From a virus (lineage: Duplodnaviria > Caudoviricetes), in the IMG/VR virus record IMGVR_UViG_3300025121_000013: a stretch of DNA of 64,000 nucleotides. The stretch is one strand, 5' to 3'. How positions within the stretch are numbered: the first letter of the stretch is position 1; each line of letters opens with the position of its first letter. Shown here one piece after another: positions 19,215-28,026 of this stretch. A model generated the notes under the pieces. The model was not told the DNA's origin. It worked only from the letters and a program-made list of their open reading frames with translations, and did no database searches. The position numbers and the translations under genes were made by a program.

Positions 19215-19829
19215 ATGATATCCGGTGAGATTTCTAAGGAATCTTTTGATAAGAAAGTGAGTGCGAAAATGAATAAGGGAAAGCAAGTGGATTCTTTTCC
19301 GGGAACGGGAATTAAGATTGGATCGGGAATGGAAACTAATGAAGCGAAGGAAACGTCTGCGGGAATTAATATGGGCGAGATAGCAAAAGATAGAGATATG
19401 AATAAACTGAACCTTGGAGATGGAAGGTTTGGCTTGGAAGATAGAGATGTGGCAACAAAGCTTCTCGATAAAAATTTTAGTCCCATGATAATTCGAAAAT
19501 ATACACGAATTGGGTTTCCACTTTTTGTTAGCTTAATTTGTGATGAGAATTTGGATGATTTGGATAATGTAGTTCATGACTGTATAGATTTTTGCAGAGA
19601 TAATAATATCTTAAGAAACAATATTCAATCCCTCAGAAATTTTACTGGAATTTTATCTGATACAATTAATACGCATTATGATAAAAAGAAACGTGGCTGT
19701 GTTGAGTCAATATCCATAATTTTATATGCTGACAAGCTCCTGCTGAGTTCACTTCAAGGCGACGCGATGAATTTTTTAGCTTGTCGAATGGAACTTTATG
19801 AATCTTTGAATTTGATGGCTAAGATTTAA
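19215..19829 (+). CDS. hypothetical protein
   Basis: 204 aa ORF in the queC operon; no recognised motif. Confidence 0.55.
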   Translation: MISGEISKESFDKKVSAKMNKGKQVDSFPGTGIKIGSGMETNEAKETSAGINMGEIAKDRDMNKLNLGDGRFGLEDRDVATKLLDKNFSPMIIRKYTRIGFPLFVSLICDENLDDLDNVVHDCIDFCRDNNILRNNIQSLRNFTGILSDTINTHYDKKKRGCVESISIILYADKLLLSSLQGDAMNFLACRMELYESLNLMAKI

Positions 19830-19836
19830 GAATTAA

Positions 19837-19900
19837 TTTCATATCGACACCCATTATGAATAAGAACAAAATATAAATCATAATGGGTGTCGATATGAAA
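19837..19900 (+). promoter_or_regulatory. 23-bp perfect inverted repeat with the GAACAAA motif in its loop, abutting the RBS of the HNH gene
   Basis: TTTCATATCGACACCCATTATGA (19837-19859) / TCATAATGGGTGTCGATATGAAA (19878-19900); AGGAG at 19901; ATG at 19913. Confidence 0.7.
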
Positions 19901-19912
19901 AGGAGCTTTAAA

Positions 19913-20875
19913 ATGAGTGAAGAAAATTTTCCTTTATGTGATTGTGGGTGTGGAAAAGAAGTTACTAAAAAAACTAATAAATATTTATGGGGTCATAATA
20001 AGAATGTGGTTACTGATGAAACTCGTCAAAAATTAAGAGATGCTAATTTAGGGATTACTTTAGAAATGCGACATGGTGAAGAAAAAGCAAAAGAAATAAA
20101 GAGAAAAATTGGATTAAAGAGCAAAGAAAGAATTCCTTATCAAAAAGGAAAAACTTGGGAAGAATTATATAGTAAAGAAGGGTCAGAAAAATTAAGAGAA
20201 AGATTAAAAGAAACCCATACAAATAATCCAATATTTAAAGATCGCAAGGGGCCGAGGAATCCATATTATAAAGGAGCTAAGGATAGTCTTTATAAACATT
20301 GGAGTCCAAAAATAACAGAAGATAAAAATAGAGAAAACAAAGATAAGAAAATAGAAGTTAAATGTACATATTGTGGAAAGTGGTATGTTCCAACACAAAT
20401 TGAATTAGATAATAGAATTGGAGCAGTTAGAAAAAATAATGGAATAGGTTGTAATTTTTATTGCTCTGGTGAATGCAAAAAATTGTGTCCAGATCATTAT
20501 CAAGTGTTGTGGCCAAAAAATCACAAACCGTATAATATTAAGAAAGATGATACGCCCAATCTAACAAATGAACACGGACATAATTTCTCAGTCGAAGTCA
20601 ATCCCCTCATCCGAAAACTCGTCTTTGAAAGAGACAATTGGGAATGTCAAAGATGCAATGTCCAAGAAAGTCTTCAATGTCATCATATTGACCCAATCGC
20701 TCTTAATCCCGGCTTCGCAAACGACATAGATTCTTGTATCACACTTTGCATAGAATGTCATCAATCAGTCCATAAAACTATCGAAGGCTGTGGATACAAC
20801 GATCTCAAAAACGAAAAACAAAATCGAATTCAAGGCTGTCCTGAAAAGCAAGAGGTAACAAATGGCGAAATATAA
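19913..20875 (+). mobile_element. free-standing HNH homing endonuclease with NUMOD3-like DNA-binding motif
   Basis: CDCGCG, ETRQKLRDANLG, and C-terminal CQRC...LQCHHIDP...CITLCIECH. Confidence 0.8.
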
Positions 20876-21248
20876 AACTATAAATAACCTTCTTCAAAAT
20901 AATAATGATAAAATGAACGCAGTCATTTTTTCTGGATTTGAAAATGGGATTCCTCAAGTTGTGGTTAGACCGATTTTATTTTGGGGAATTTTCGATATTG
21001 AAGATGATGAAGATAAAAATTTTTTAGAACAAGAAATAGTGGGAATGATATATTATAGTGGGAAAATCGGACCTTGTACAGATTCAAAGATTTTTATGAC
21101 TTATGTTTCTTCTGAAGATGAATTAGAACTTTTGATCAGTTCTTTAAATGAAGAAGATTTTAATGAAATGATAAATCCTGGAGAAAAGGAAGAAGTGAAA
21201 GAGGAAGGTAAAATTATCAATATAGATTTCGGAAAGAAGAAAACATGA
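20862..21248 (+). CDS. hypothetical acidic protein
   Basis: 128 aa ORF with GAGG RBS. Confidence 0.55.
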   Translation: MAKYKTINNLLQNNNDKMNAVIFSGFENGIPQVVVRPILFWGIFDIEDDEDKNFLEQEIVGMIYYSGKIGPCTDSKIFMTYVSSEDELELLISSLNEEDFNEMINPGEKEEVKEEGKIINIDFGKKKT

Positions 21249-21727
21249 ATGTGATTATGGCTCCACATCCAGATGATGAGATTATAGGTTGTTTTGAGAT
21301 TTTAAAAAAAGGAAATTGTGTAGTTAATTTTACAACAAAATTAAATAAAGAGAGAGCGGAAGAATGTTTGAATTTGAGAAATCATTTTGATGTTAAATTT
21401 ATATATTTTCAATATTCTGTTCCTCCAGCTTTTTTATCAATAAAAAATACTTTTTATTTTCCACATCCGATTTATGAAACTCATCCGGAACATAGATTAT
21501 TGGGACAACATGGTGAAAGGCTTTTAAGAAATGGTTACAATGTAATTTTTTATTCGACAATAATGAATGCGCCTTTTATATTTGAAACGCCTTTTTCAGA
21601 AGAAAAGAAAAAGGTTTTAAATTTATTGTATCCAAGTCAAAAATCTTTATGGGAATATGATTATAAATATTTCTTGTTTTCAGGGTATGACAAATGGCTT
21701 ATTGAATTAGGAAATGAAAATGGCTAG
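21245..21727 (+). CDS. PIG-L/LmbE family deacetylase-like
   Basis: APHPDDEIIGC and ETHPEHR motifs. Confidence 0.75.
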   Translation: MNVIMAPHPDDEIIGCFEILKKGNCVVNFTTKLNKERAEECLNLRNHFDVKFIYFQYSVPPAFLSIKNTFYFPHPIYETHPEHRLLGQHGERLLRNGYNVIFYSTIMNAPFIFETPFSEEKKKVLNLLYPSQKSLWEYDYKYFLFSGYDKWLIELGNENG

Positions 21728-22673
21728 ATTGATTTTTGTACCACAACTTCCTATAAAGATGAGATATAGCGAATGGTGGTTTACAGAGTTTCCAAAGAAT
21801 GTTCAAGATGCTTTTAGCGAAGTCATTGTTTTAGGAAAAAATAATATTCCTCAAAATGCTGATAATTCGGGATTATTTTCTAATACAGAAATGGCTATTA
21901 AATTTGAGCTATCTCAAGTTGAAGAATATCTTGATTTAAAACTAGAAAAAAATGATGTTTTATTTCATGCTGATTTAAGTTTTCCAGGAGTTTTTCATTC
22001 AGTTTTATTTCATAAAAAACCAAAGTTAAGTTTATGCTTTTGTCATGGCTCATCATTAAATAAATATGATTATTTTCAAAAAGTAAGAAAAGAAAAATAT
22101 TTAGTTGAACAGGGCATGGCAAATAATTATGATTATATTTTAGTTGGAAGCGTTTATCATGCCCTTAAATTAAAAGGCATAAAAAATATAATGATCACAG
22201 GACTTCCACAACCATATGATATTTTTAATGATGAAATATTCAATTCAAATAAAATAATTGACATAACTTCTGTGTCTAGATCTTGTATACAAAAATCTAC
22301 AAAAAAAATAGAGAGAGAAATAGAAAAAGAATTTAACACAAAAATTATTAGAAAATCATTTGACTCATGGAAAGATTATTATCAACATTTAGCAAATTCT
22401 AAAATTCTTTTAATTTCCTCAAAAGAAGATACATTTAATTATTCAATTTTAGATGCATATTTAATGGGTTGTATCCCTTTGGCTCCAAATAGATTAGCTT
22501 TTCCCGAATTATTACCAAGAGAATATTTATATAATAATATTGAAGAATTAAAAGATAAAATTAAAAAAATTTTTAGAGGAGAATTAAAACCGTTGAAAGA
22601 ATTAAATAATCAATATAAGGTTGATCACTTTTATGAAATCTTTGAGAGCGTTATAAATGAGACTTTAAATTAA
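21714..22673 (+). CDS. GT4-type glycosyltransferase, C-terminus resembling GTDC1/QTMAN
   Basis: EDTFNYSILDAYLMGCIPLAPNRLAFPELLPREYLY. Confidence 0.7.
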   Translation: MKMARLIFVPQLPIKMRYSEWWFTEFPKNVQDAFSEVIVLGKNNIPQNADNSGLFSNTEMAIKFELSQVEEYLDLKLEKNDVLFHADLSFPGVFHSVLFHKKPKLSLCFCHGSSLNKYDYFQKVRKEKYLVEQGMANNYDYILVGSVYHALKLKGIKNIMITGLPQPYDIFNDEIFNSNKIIDITSVSRSCIQKSTKKIEREIEKEFNTKIIRKSFDSWKDYYQHLANSKILLISSKEDTFNYSILDAYLMGCIPLAPNRLAFPELLPREYLYNNIEELKDKIKKIFRGELKPLKELNNQYKVDHFYEIFESVINETLN

Positions 22674-22694
22674 CAAAACTTTAAAACATAGTAT

Positions 22695-22743
22695 GACCTC
22701 AAGACAGGGATAAGGGAATTTCAAAAGTCCCTGTCTTGAGGTC
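22695..22743. terminator. 16-bp inverted repeat between convergent genes
   Basis: GACCTCAAGACAGGGA / TCCCTGTCTTGAGGTC. Confidence 0.7.
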
Positions 22744-22755
22744 TTCTGAATATCA

Positions 22756-22884
22756 TTAATTCCAGATGAAAAGTATTCCTACTAACCAAAAAAATGGAAT
22801 GAATTCACTCGGATCTTTTTGAAACATCAAAACTGCTGCGGCACTAATTGCAATTGTCCCAACCCCTTGACAGGCTGGTTTCAT
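22756..22884 (-). CDS. small membrane protein (42 aa, not in ORF track)
   Basis: MKPACQGVGTIAISAAAVLMFQKDPSEFIPFFWLVGILFIWN; AAGGA RBS. Confidence 0.45.
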   Translation of the reverse strand: MKPACQGVGTIAISAAAVLMFQKDPSEFIPFFWLVGILFIWN

Positions 22885-22941
22885 GTCAAATCCTTTCTTA
22901 GAGAGAATAACCAATTCAATTCTTTATTATTTTTTGAATAA

Positions 22942-23433
22942 TTAATTTTCTAAAGTATCGATTTTAATACCAACTAAATTTAGATTTTCATTAAGGATAT
23001 GCAGGAATTTTTCCTTTCTTGCATTTCCCACGAATATTCCCATCCCCAAAGTTATCAACAATGGAGAGCCGTTTGTCAGACCAACCACTTTTTTGGAAAG
23101 TTCATCCATTGACACCTTATCAGATGCCTTTAGCCATAGAAGAGACGTCTGGATCAAAGGCAGTATGGATTCTTTTGAGCCACGATAAGAAATTATATCT
23201 TTACACCCGCAAACTCTGGTGCTCAATTTAATTTCAGTAATTTCAGAAATATTTCCCCCAAACATCAATTCCCATCTCACCAAATTTTTTATTGCATCCA
23301 GAACAAAAAATTCGGTTTTGACCGCAGGAATATTTTCCTTGTCTCTTGAGTCATTGAATATTCTGAAATTGGTTTTTGTTATTATTCCTTCCATTAGGTT
23401 TTGACCTTGTTCTGTTAGAGCCCCTCGGTCCAT
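22942..23433 (-). CDS. hypothetical protein
   Basis: 163 aa ORF with GGGG RBS. Confidence 0.6.
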   Translation of the reverse strand: MDRGALTEQGQNLMEGIITKTNFRIFNDSRDKENIPAVKTEFFVLDAIKNLVRWELMFGGNISEITEIKLSTRVCGCKDIISYRGSKESILPLIQTSLLWLKASDKVSMDELSKKVVGLTNGSPLLITLGMGIFVGNARKEKFLHILNENLNLVGIKIDTLEN

Positions 23434-23448
23434 GCTTTTATCCCCCTT

Positions 23449-23844
23449 TTAATCTGAAGTGATTCTAGTTTTCTCAAAATTTTCCATTTTCGTATCATAA
23501 AGAATTTTTATCAATGAATTAAAAATCCATATACACATTAAGAATGTATGTCCAAAAGTTCCTAAACTAATTATATAAAATATCCATAATATATTTTTAA
23601 AATAGAATATAAAATCTTTTTTAAATTCAAGCTTCTTTTTCGTATATATAAATGCTAAATCAAATAAATTTTCCTTAAAGAATAAAATAGGCATAGAAAC
23701 GATTAATGCTAAGGTAATGAGAATTGTATAGAATATGAACACATCAAAAAATATATAGTTTTTAAAATAAACACCATAAATAAATATTCCTAAAAATATC
23801 AATTGAAAAAACATTTGTGAAAAATATTTTTTTAGGTTTTCCAT
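23449..23844 (-). CDS. multi-pass membrane hypothetical protein
   Basis: Four hydrophobic stretches. Confidence 0.6.
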   Translation of the reverse strand: MENLKKYFSQMFFQLIFLGIFIYGVYFKNYIFFDVFIFYTILITLALIVSMPILFFKENLFDLAFIYTKKKLEFKKDFIFYFKNILWIFYIISLGTFGHTFLMCIWIFNSLIKILYDTKMENFEKTRITSD

Positions 23845-23974
23845 TCTTAGAATAGTCCTTTCATTAAGTGGGTATAAAAATCCTTCTCGTTTATTAATAT
23901 ATATAGTTAGAAATTAAAAAACAAAAAGAAAAATATTTAGAATAAAAGAACAAAAATTTAAAAGGATAAAAGAT

Positions 23975-24526
23975 ATGCCATTTAAGACTTTTTTTAATTG
24001 GCTTTTTGACGATTCAATCAATTCTGAAATTCCAAAACCTAAATTAAATGAAGAAGGTAAAGTTTTAATTCCTGATATTTTGAAATACAATTCTCCAATC
24101 ACTCATACCTATGTAATTTCTTTATTTTTAAATAGTCCTGAATTAAATCATTTTTTAAATAAAAAATTTAATAATATCAATTTAAGATATTTAGAAAAAA
24201 AGGAATTATTCTTATTCATTAAAAAGTGTGTAATTGATTTTAGAATTAAAAGAAATATGATGCTTTATAAACCTTATAAAAAACAAGAAGAATTATTTAA
24301 AGGTTTAAGAAGTAAAATTCCTTTATTAAAAAATGATGATATAGAATTATTATCAGACCTTTGTTTAAAATTACCAGATGAAGAAAAAGATGAAATATAT
24401 TCTGGATTGGGCTTATTGAAGGAAAAACCAGTTAAAACAAAAATCAAAAAAGAAACTAAAAAGAAGCAAAAAAATAAGATTAGTAAAGATGACTTCTTAA
24501 AAAATATAAGTGTGATTAAGAAATAG
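23975..24526 (+). CDS. hypothetical protein
   Basis: 183 aa ORF, AAGGA RBS, preceded by AGAACAAA motif. Confidence 0.65.
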   Translation: MPFKTFFNWLFDDSINSEIPKPKLNEEGKVLIPDILKYNSPITHTYVISLFLNSPELNHFLNKKFNNINLRYLEKKELFLFIKKCVIDFRIKRNMMLYKPYKKQEELFKGLRSKIPLLKNDDIELLSDLCLKLPDEEKDEIYSGLGLLKEKPVKTKIKKETKKKQKNKISKDDFLKNISVIKK

Positions 24527-24535
24527 AATTTTGGA

Positions 24536-25080
24536 TGGATGGGCCCCAAAGGCGGAATGACGGCGCCGGTTGGGGCCCATCCAGAATTACTAGGCAAAGG
24601 CCTGCGAGAGCAAAGGGGTTTCTCTCAGCTGCAGGCCTTTGCCTTTCTGCGGTGAAGCGATCTAAGTCTTCCAATCCACGAGAGCCCAGCGTCCCAGGTC
24701 TCTTGGTTTGGGATTGGATAGCCTTAGACCATCTTTCGCTTTTTCATGGCACGCCCTTTCAAAGTTGGGGTTGGTTTTCACTCCAGGTGCTCCGGACTTC
24801 TGGCGGTCAGTGAAAAGCTATCCGTGTTCTAAACAGGAAAAACCTCAACACGAGGTATTTCATCCTGTCTCCTTTCGATGATGGTTCATTCCAAGGTTTC
24901 CCAGAATTAAGTTTCCCTTGTCTAAATGAAACGTGGCTGGAGATCACAGGGCGTTGCCCAAGCGTAACGGATAAGAGGAAAGTCTAGATCTTCTTAACTA
25001 ACAGATCCGAAAATTCCTTAGTTCCGTTTCTAGTGACCCGCAGTTTTCCCTCATGCCCTTGAGGACCACAAATTAACGAT
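24536..25080 (-). ncRNA. candidate structured non-coding region downstream of rpsA
   Basis: Stacked stems 24536-24583 (13 bp), 24592-24644 (14 bp) and 24656-24740 (compound); no credible ORF. Confidence 0.3.
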
Positions 25081-25098
25081 TATCAATATCCCCCATCT

Positions 25099-26754
25099 CT
25101 ACTTCGTTTCGCTTCTCTTCATGACAAAACGGGGCTTGTTGAACCCCGGCTTTCCCTTGGAAGTCGGCCCTCCTCCCTCCATCTTGTTGATGGAGAAGGC
25201 CATCTTCCGTTCCTCCTTGTTGATGGAGACCACTTTGGCCTCCACGGAAGATCCGACCGGGAACGAGCCGGCGAGGTTCTTCGTCAGGTCCTTGGGGATC
25301 TCGGAAACGTGGACCAGGCCTCGCAGTCCGCCCTCAAGGGAGAGGAACACGCCGTAGTCGGCGGTCCCGGTCACCGTGCCGCAGATCTTCGTTCCGACGG
25401 GGAACCTTTCCCCGACGGTATCCCAGGGATCGGGCTCCAGTTGCTTGACGCCCAGGGCAATCCGCCCTGAAGAGGGATCGATCCGGATGATCTTGGCCCG
25501 GATCGTTTCCCCGATGTGATAAAGCTCAGCGGGCGTCTTGATGTGCCCGGTCCAGGAGATGTCCGAGATGTGGACCATGCCGTCGATTCCCTCATCGATG
25601 CCGAGGAAGATCCCGAAGTCGGTCATGGCCTTGATCTTGGACTCGATGGTGGTGCCCACCGGGTACTTCTCGCTGACGCTCTCGATGGGGTCCTTCTTGA
25701 TGGCCTTCATGGACAGGGCCAGCTTTCTCTGGGCCGGGTCGATCTCGAGGACGATGGCCTCGATCTCCTGGCCGATCTCCACGACGCTTGCAGGGTTCTT
25801 CACCCTCTGGTGGCTGATTTCCGTGGTGTAAATCAGGCCACGGATCATGGGGGCCACCTCGACGAATATCCCGTATTCGGTCGTCGAGGTCACCAGGGCC
25901 CGGATCTTCGTGCCCTTCTTGAACTTCTCGGCGGCCTCGATCCAGGGATCCGGAAGGAGCCGCTTGATGCTCAGCTCGATCTTCTCTTCCTCGGCGTTGA
26001 CGTTGACGACCTTCACCTCGATGTTCTGGCCCACGGTGTACTCCTGGGTCAGATCCGTGATCTTTCCCCAGGAGACCTCCGAGATGTGGACGAGGCCATC
26101 TACACCTCCGAGGTCAAGGAACAGGCCGAACTTGGTGATGGCCTTGATGTCCCCCTTGACGACGGAGTCTGGAATGATCCGGGCAAAGGCTTCGGCCATG
26201 TTGGCCTCCCTCTCCTTCTCCAGGATCGCCCTCCTGGACACGATGACATTCCTCGTGTCCTCGTTGAAGGTGATGATCTTGAAGTTCATCGCCTTTCCCA
26301 GCACCTCTTCGGCCGAAACGGGGTGAAGGTCCACCTGGGAGCCGGGAAGGAAGGCGGGAACGCCGATGTCCACGGAGAAGCCGCCCTTGACCTGGTTTTT
26401 TACCAGGCCGAGGATATCGAGACCTCCCACGTAGGTTTCCTTGAGGCTTTCCCAGGTCACTCCCATGTTCTTTCCTATGGAGATCTGGACGGGCCGTCCA
26501 TCCTTCTCGAGGCCATCGAGAATGACTTCGATGAAGTCACCCTCCTTGACGGCCAGGCTTCCATCCTTGGTCGGAAGATCTCCGACCGGGATCAAGCCCA
26601 TGGTCATGCATCCCACGTCGACCATGGCGTTGATCTCGTTGATCTGGGTGATCACGCCGTCGACGACCGTGCCGATTTTGAAGATCTTCGGCTCGAAAAT
26701 CGACATGACGTTGTCTTGGGTGTATTCTGAATCTCGAACAGACGTCTTTTCCAT
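25099..26754 (-). CDS. rpsA: 30S ribosomal protein S1
   Basis: Six S1/OB repeats (VKGGFSVDIGVPAFLPGSQVD, FGLFLDLGGVDGLVHISEVSW, FGIFLGIDEGIDGMVHISDISW); AGGAG RBS; GC-rich (about 57% in a sampled line). Confidence 0.95.
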   Translation of the reverse strand: MEKTSVRDSEYTQDNVMSIFEPKIFKIGTVVDGVITQINEINAMVDVGCMTMGLIPVGDLPTKDGSLAVKEGDFIEVILDGLEKDGRPVQISIGKNMGVTWESLKETYVGGLDILGLVKNQVKGGFSVDIGVPAFLPGSQVDLHPVSAEEVLGKAMNFKIITFNEDTRNVIVSRRAILEKEREANMAEAFARIIPDSVVKGDIKAITKFGLFLDLGGVDGLVHISEVSWGKITDLTQEYTVGQNIEVKVVNVNAEEEKIELSIKRLLPDPWIEAAEKFKKGTKIRALVTSTTEYGIFVEVAPMIRGLIYTTEISHQRVKNPASVVEIGQEIEAIVLEIDPAQRKLALSMKAIKKDPIESVSEKYPVGTTIESKIKAMTDFGIFLGIDEGIDGMVHISDISWTGHIKTPAELYHIGETIRAKIIRIDPSSGRIALGVKQLEPDPWDTVGERFPVGTKICGTVTGTADYGVFLSLEGGLRGLVHVSEIPKDLTKNLAGSFPVGSSVEAKVVSINKEERKMAFSINKMEGGGPTSKGKPGFNKPRFVMKRSETK

Positions 26755-26819
26755 GTAACATTCTCCTTGTTGTGAGGTGGTATGGTTTGATTCTGAGACG
26801 ATTTTCTGGAACTTGGGGA

Positions 26820-27392
26820 CTAGATCTCGAACCCGGAGGCCCGGATTTCCTTCTTGAGGGCCAGGGGGATCCTCACCTTGGACAACTCAATCCCGGAACC
26901 CAGACAGGTGGGACAATCCCTCGAGCTCTTGATCTTCCTCCCGAGGACCGGCTCGGTGCATTTTCCTGCCCCCTTGCACTTCGGGCAGGGCACATCATCT
27001 GCCCGGAAGCGATTCTTCCGGTGCACATACACGCCGGTGCCGTTGCACCGGGAACATGTTTCCACTTCGCCGGCCCGGCCGCCGCAGACGGCGCAGACGT
27101 CTGTCCGGATCCCCCGGCCTCCGCAGGATGGGCAGGTGATTTCCTCCTCCCCTATCTGGAAGATGAACTTCTGACCCGCCCCCTTGCAGGCGGGGCAGAT
27201 GGGGGATGAGGGTGCCACCGACCAGGATTCTCCTGCCTCGATGGCGGCCCGGATCTTTTCGTTCTTGGCCGCCATGATGGCCTTGAACTCCTCCATGGTC
27301 TTGGTTTTCGAAATCAGGGACTCCAGACCCCGAACCTCATTGATGTCCACGTACTGGATTTCAACCTCGGCTGCATCATCCATCGGTAACAT
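26820..27392 (-). CDS. DnaJ-type zinc-finger protein without a J-domain
   Basis: Six CxxCxGxG-type repeats; start chosen after the GAAGGG RBS. Confidence 0.75.
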   Translation of the reverse strand: MLPMDDAAEVEIQYVDINEVRGLESLISKTKTMEEFKAIMAAKNEKIRAAIEAGESWSVAPSSPICPACKGAGQKFIFQIGEEEITCPSCGGRGIRTDVCAVCGGRAGEVETCSRCNGTGVYVHRKNRFRADDVPCPKCKGAGKCTEPVLGRKIKSSRDCPTCLGSGIELSKVRIPLALKKEIRASGFEI

Positions 27393-27786
27393 CCCTTCGT
27401 GTGGGTTTCGGCGGAAGCTCCGCCATGATGACCTTGACCATTTCAAGGTCCTTTTCTTTTTTTATTGCCATGAGCATGAGAGCGGAGCCCACCAAAATTC
27501 CTCTCTCAGAACATATGACTCCTTGTTTCTGTATCGAATTTAAGATTTTGGAAACTTCATCGTCAAGTCTCCAAAATTCTTTTATCGGAGTTCCAGGGGT
27601 TTGACTCATGTCATTTAATTTCTGAGCAATGGTTGATATTCTTTTCCACCCATGTCGAATTCTTTTAATCATTTCAGAAGCCTCTGTTTCAAGATTTCTT
27701 TGAACATTTATTTCTTTCTTGCCCAATTTTTTGTATTCTTTTCCAGAACCTTTTCCGGCTTTTTTGGATTTCTTTTGCTCAGCCAT
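27376..27786 (-). CDS. hypothetical basic protein
   Basis: AGGAG RBS before ATG at 27786. Confidence 0.55.
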   Translation of the reverse strand: MAEQKKSKKAGKGSGKEYKKLGKKEINVQRNLETEASEMIKRIRHGWKRISTIAQKLNDMSQTPGTPIKEFWRLDDEVSKILNSIQKQGVICSERGILVGSALMLMAIKKEKDLEMVKVIMAELPPKPTRRDVTDG

Positions 27787-28026
27787 TCGTTTTCTCCTTG
27801 GACGTTGTAACATATTTTTAGTTTATTATATTCTGTAAAGTTAATATAATTTATCCCCATAAAGTGAGTATAAAAAATGTGTATTAAATATCTCAATTCA
27901 TTAATTAATATATATAGGTTCAAAAAGAAAACATAAAAGAATCTTGTCGTTCTTCAAGATTTTAAATAAAGAAAAAATATAAAAGTAAAAGAACAAATTA
28001 TTGTAAACTTTTAAAAGGAGGATTCT

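Noticed and set aside
19215-19829. Degenerate QueD/T-fold enzyme completing the preQ0 pathway
   Set aside because: Only a vague pattern resemblance; the HxL...HGH zinc ligands are absent. A structure prediction would be needed to revisit it.
25121-27543. Multiple plus-strand ORFs (e.g. 25516..26730) antisense to rpsA and the zinc-finger gene
   Set aside because: They are antisense shadows produced by the GC3-rich codon usage of the real minus-strand genes.
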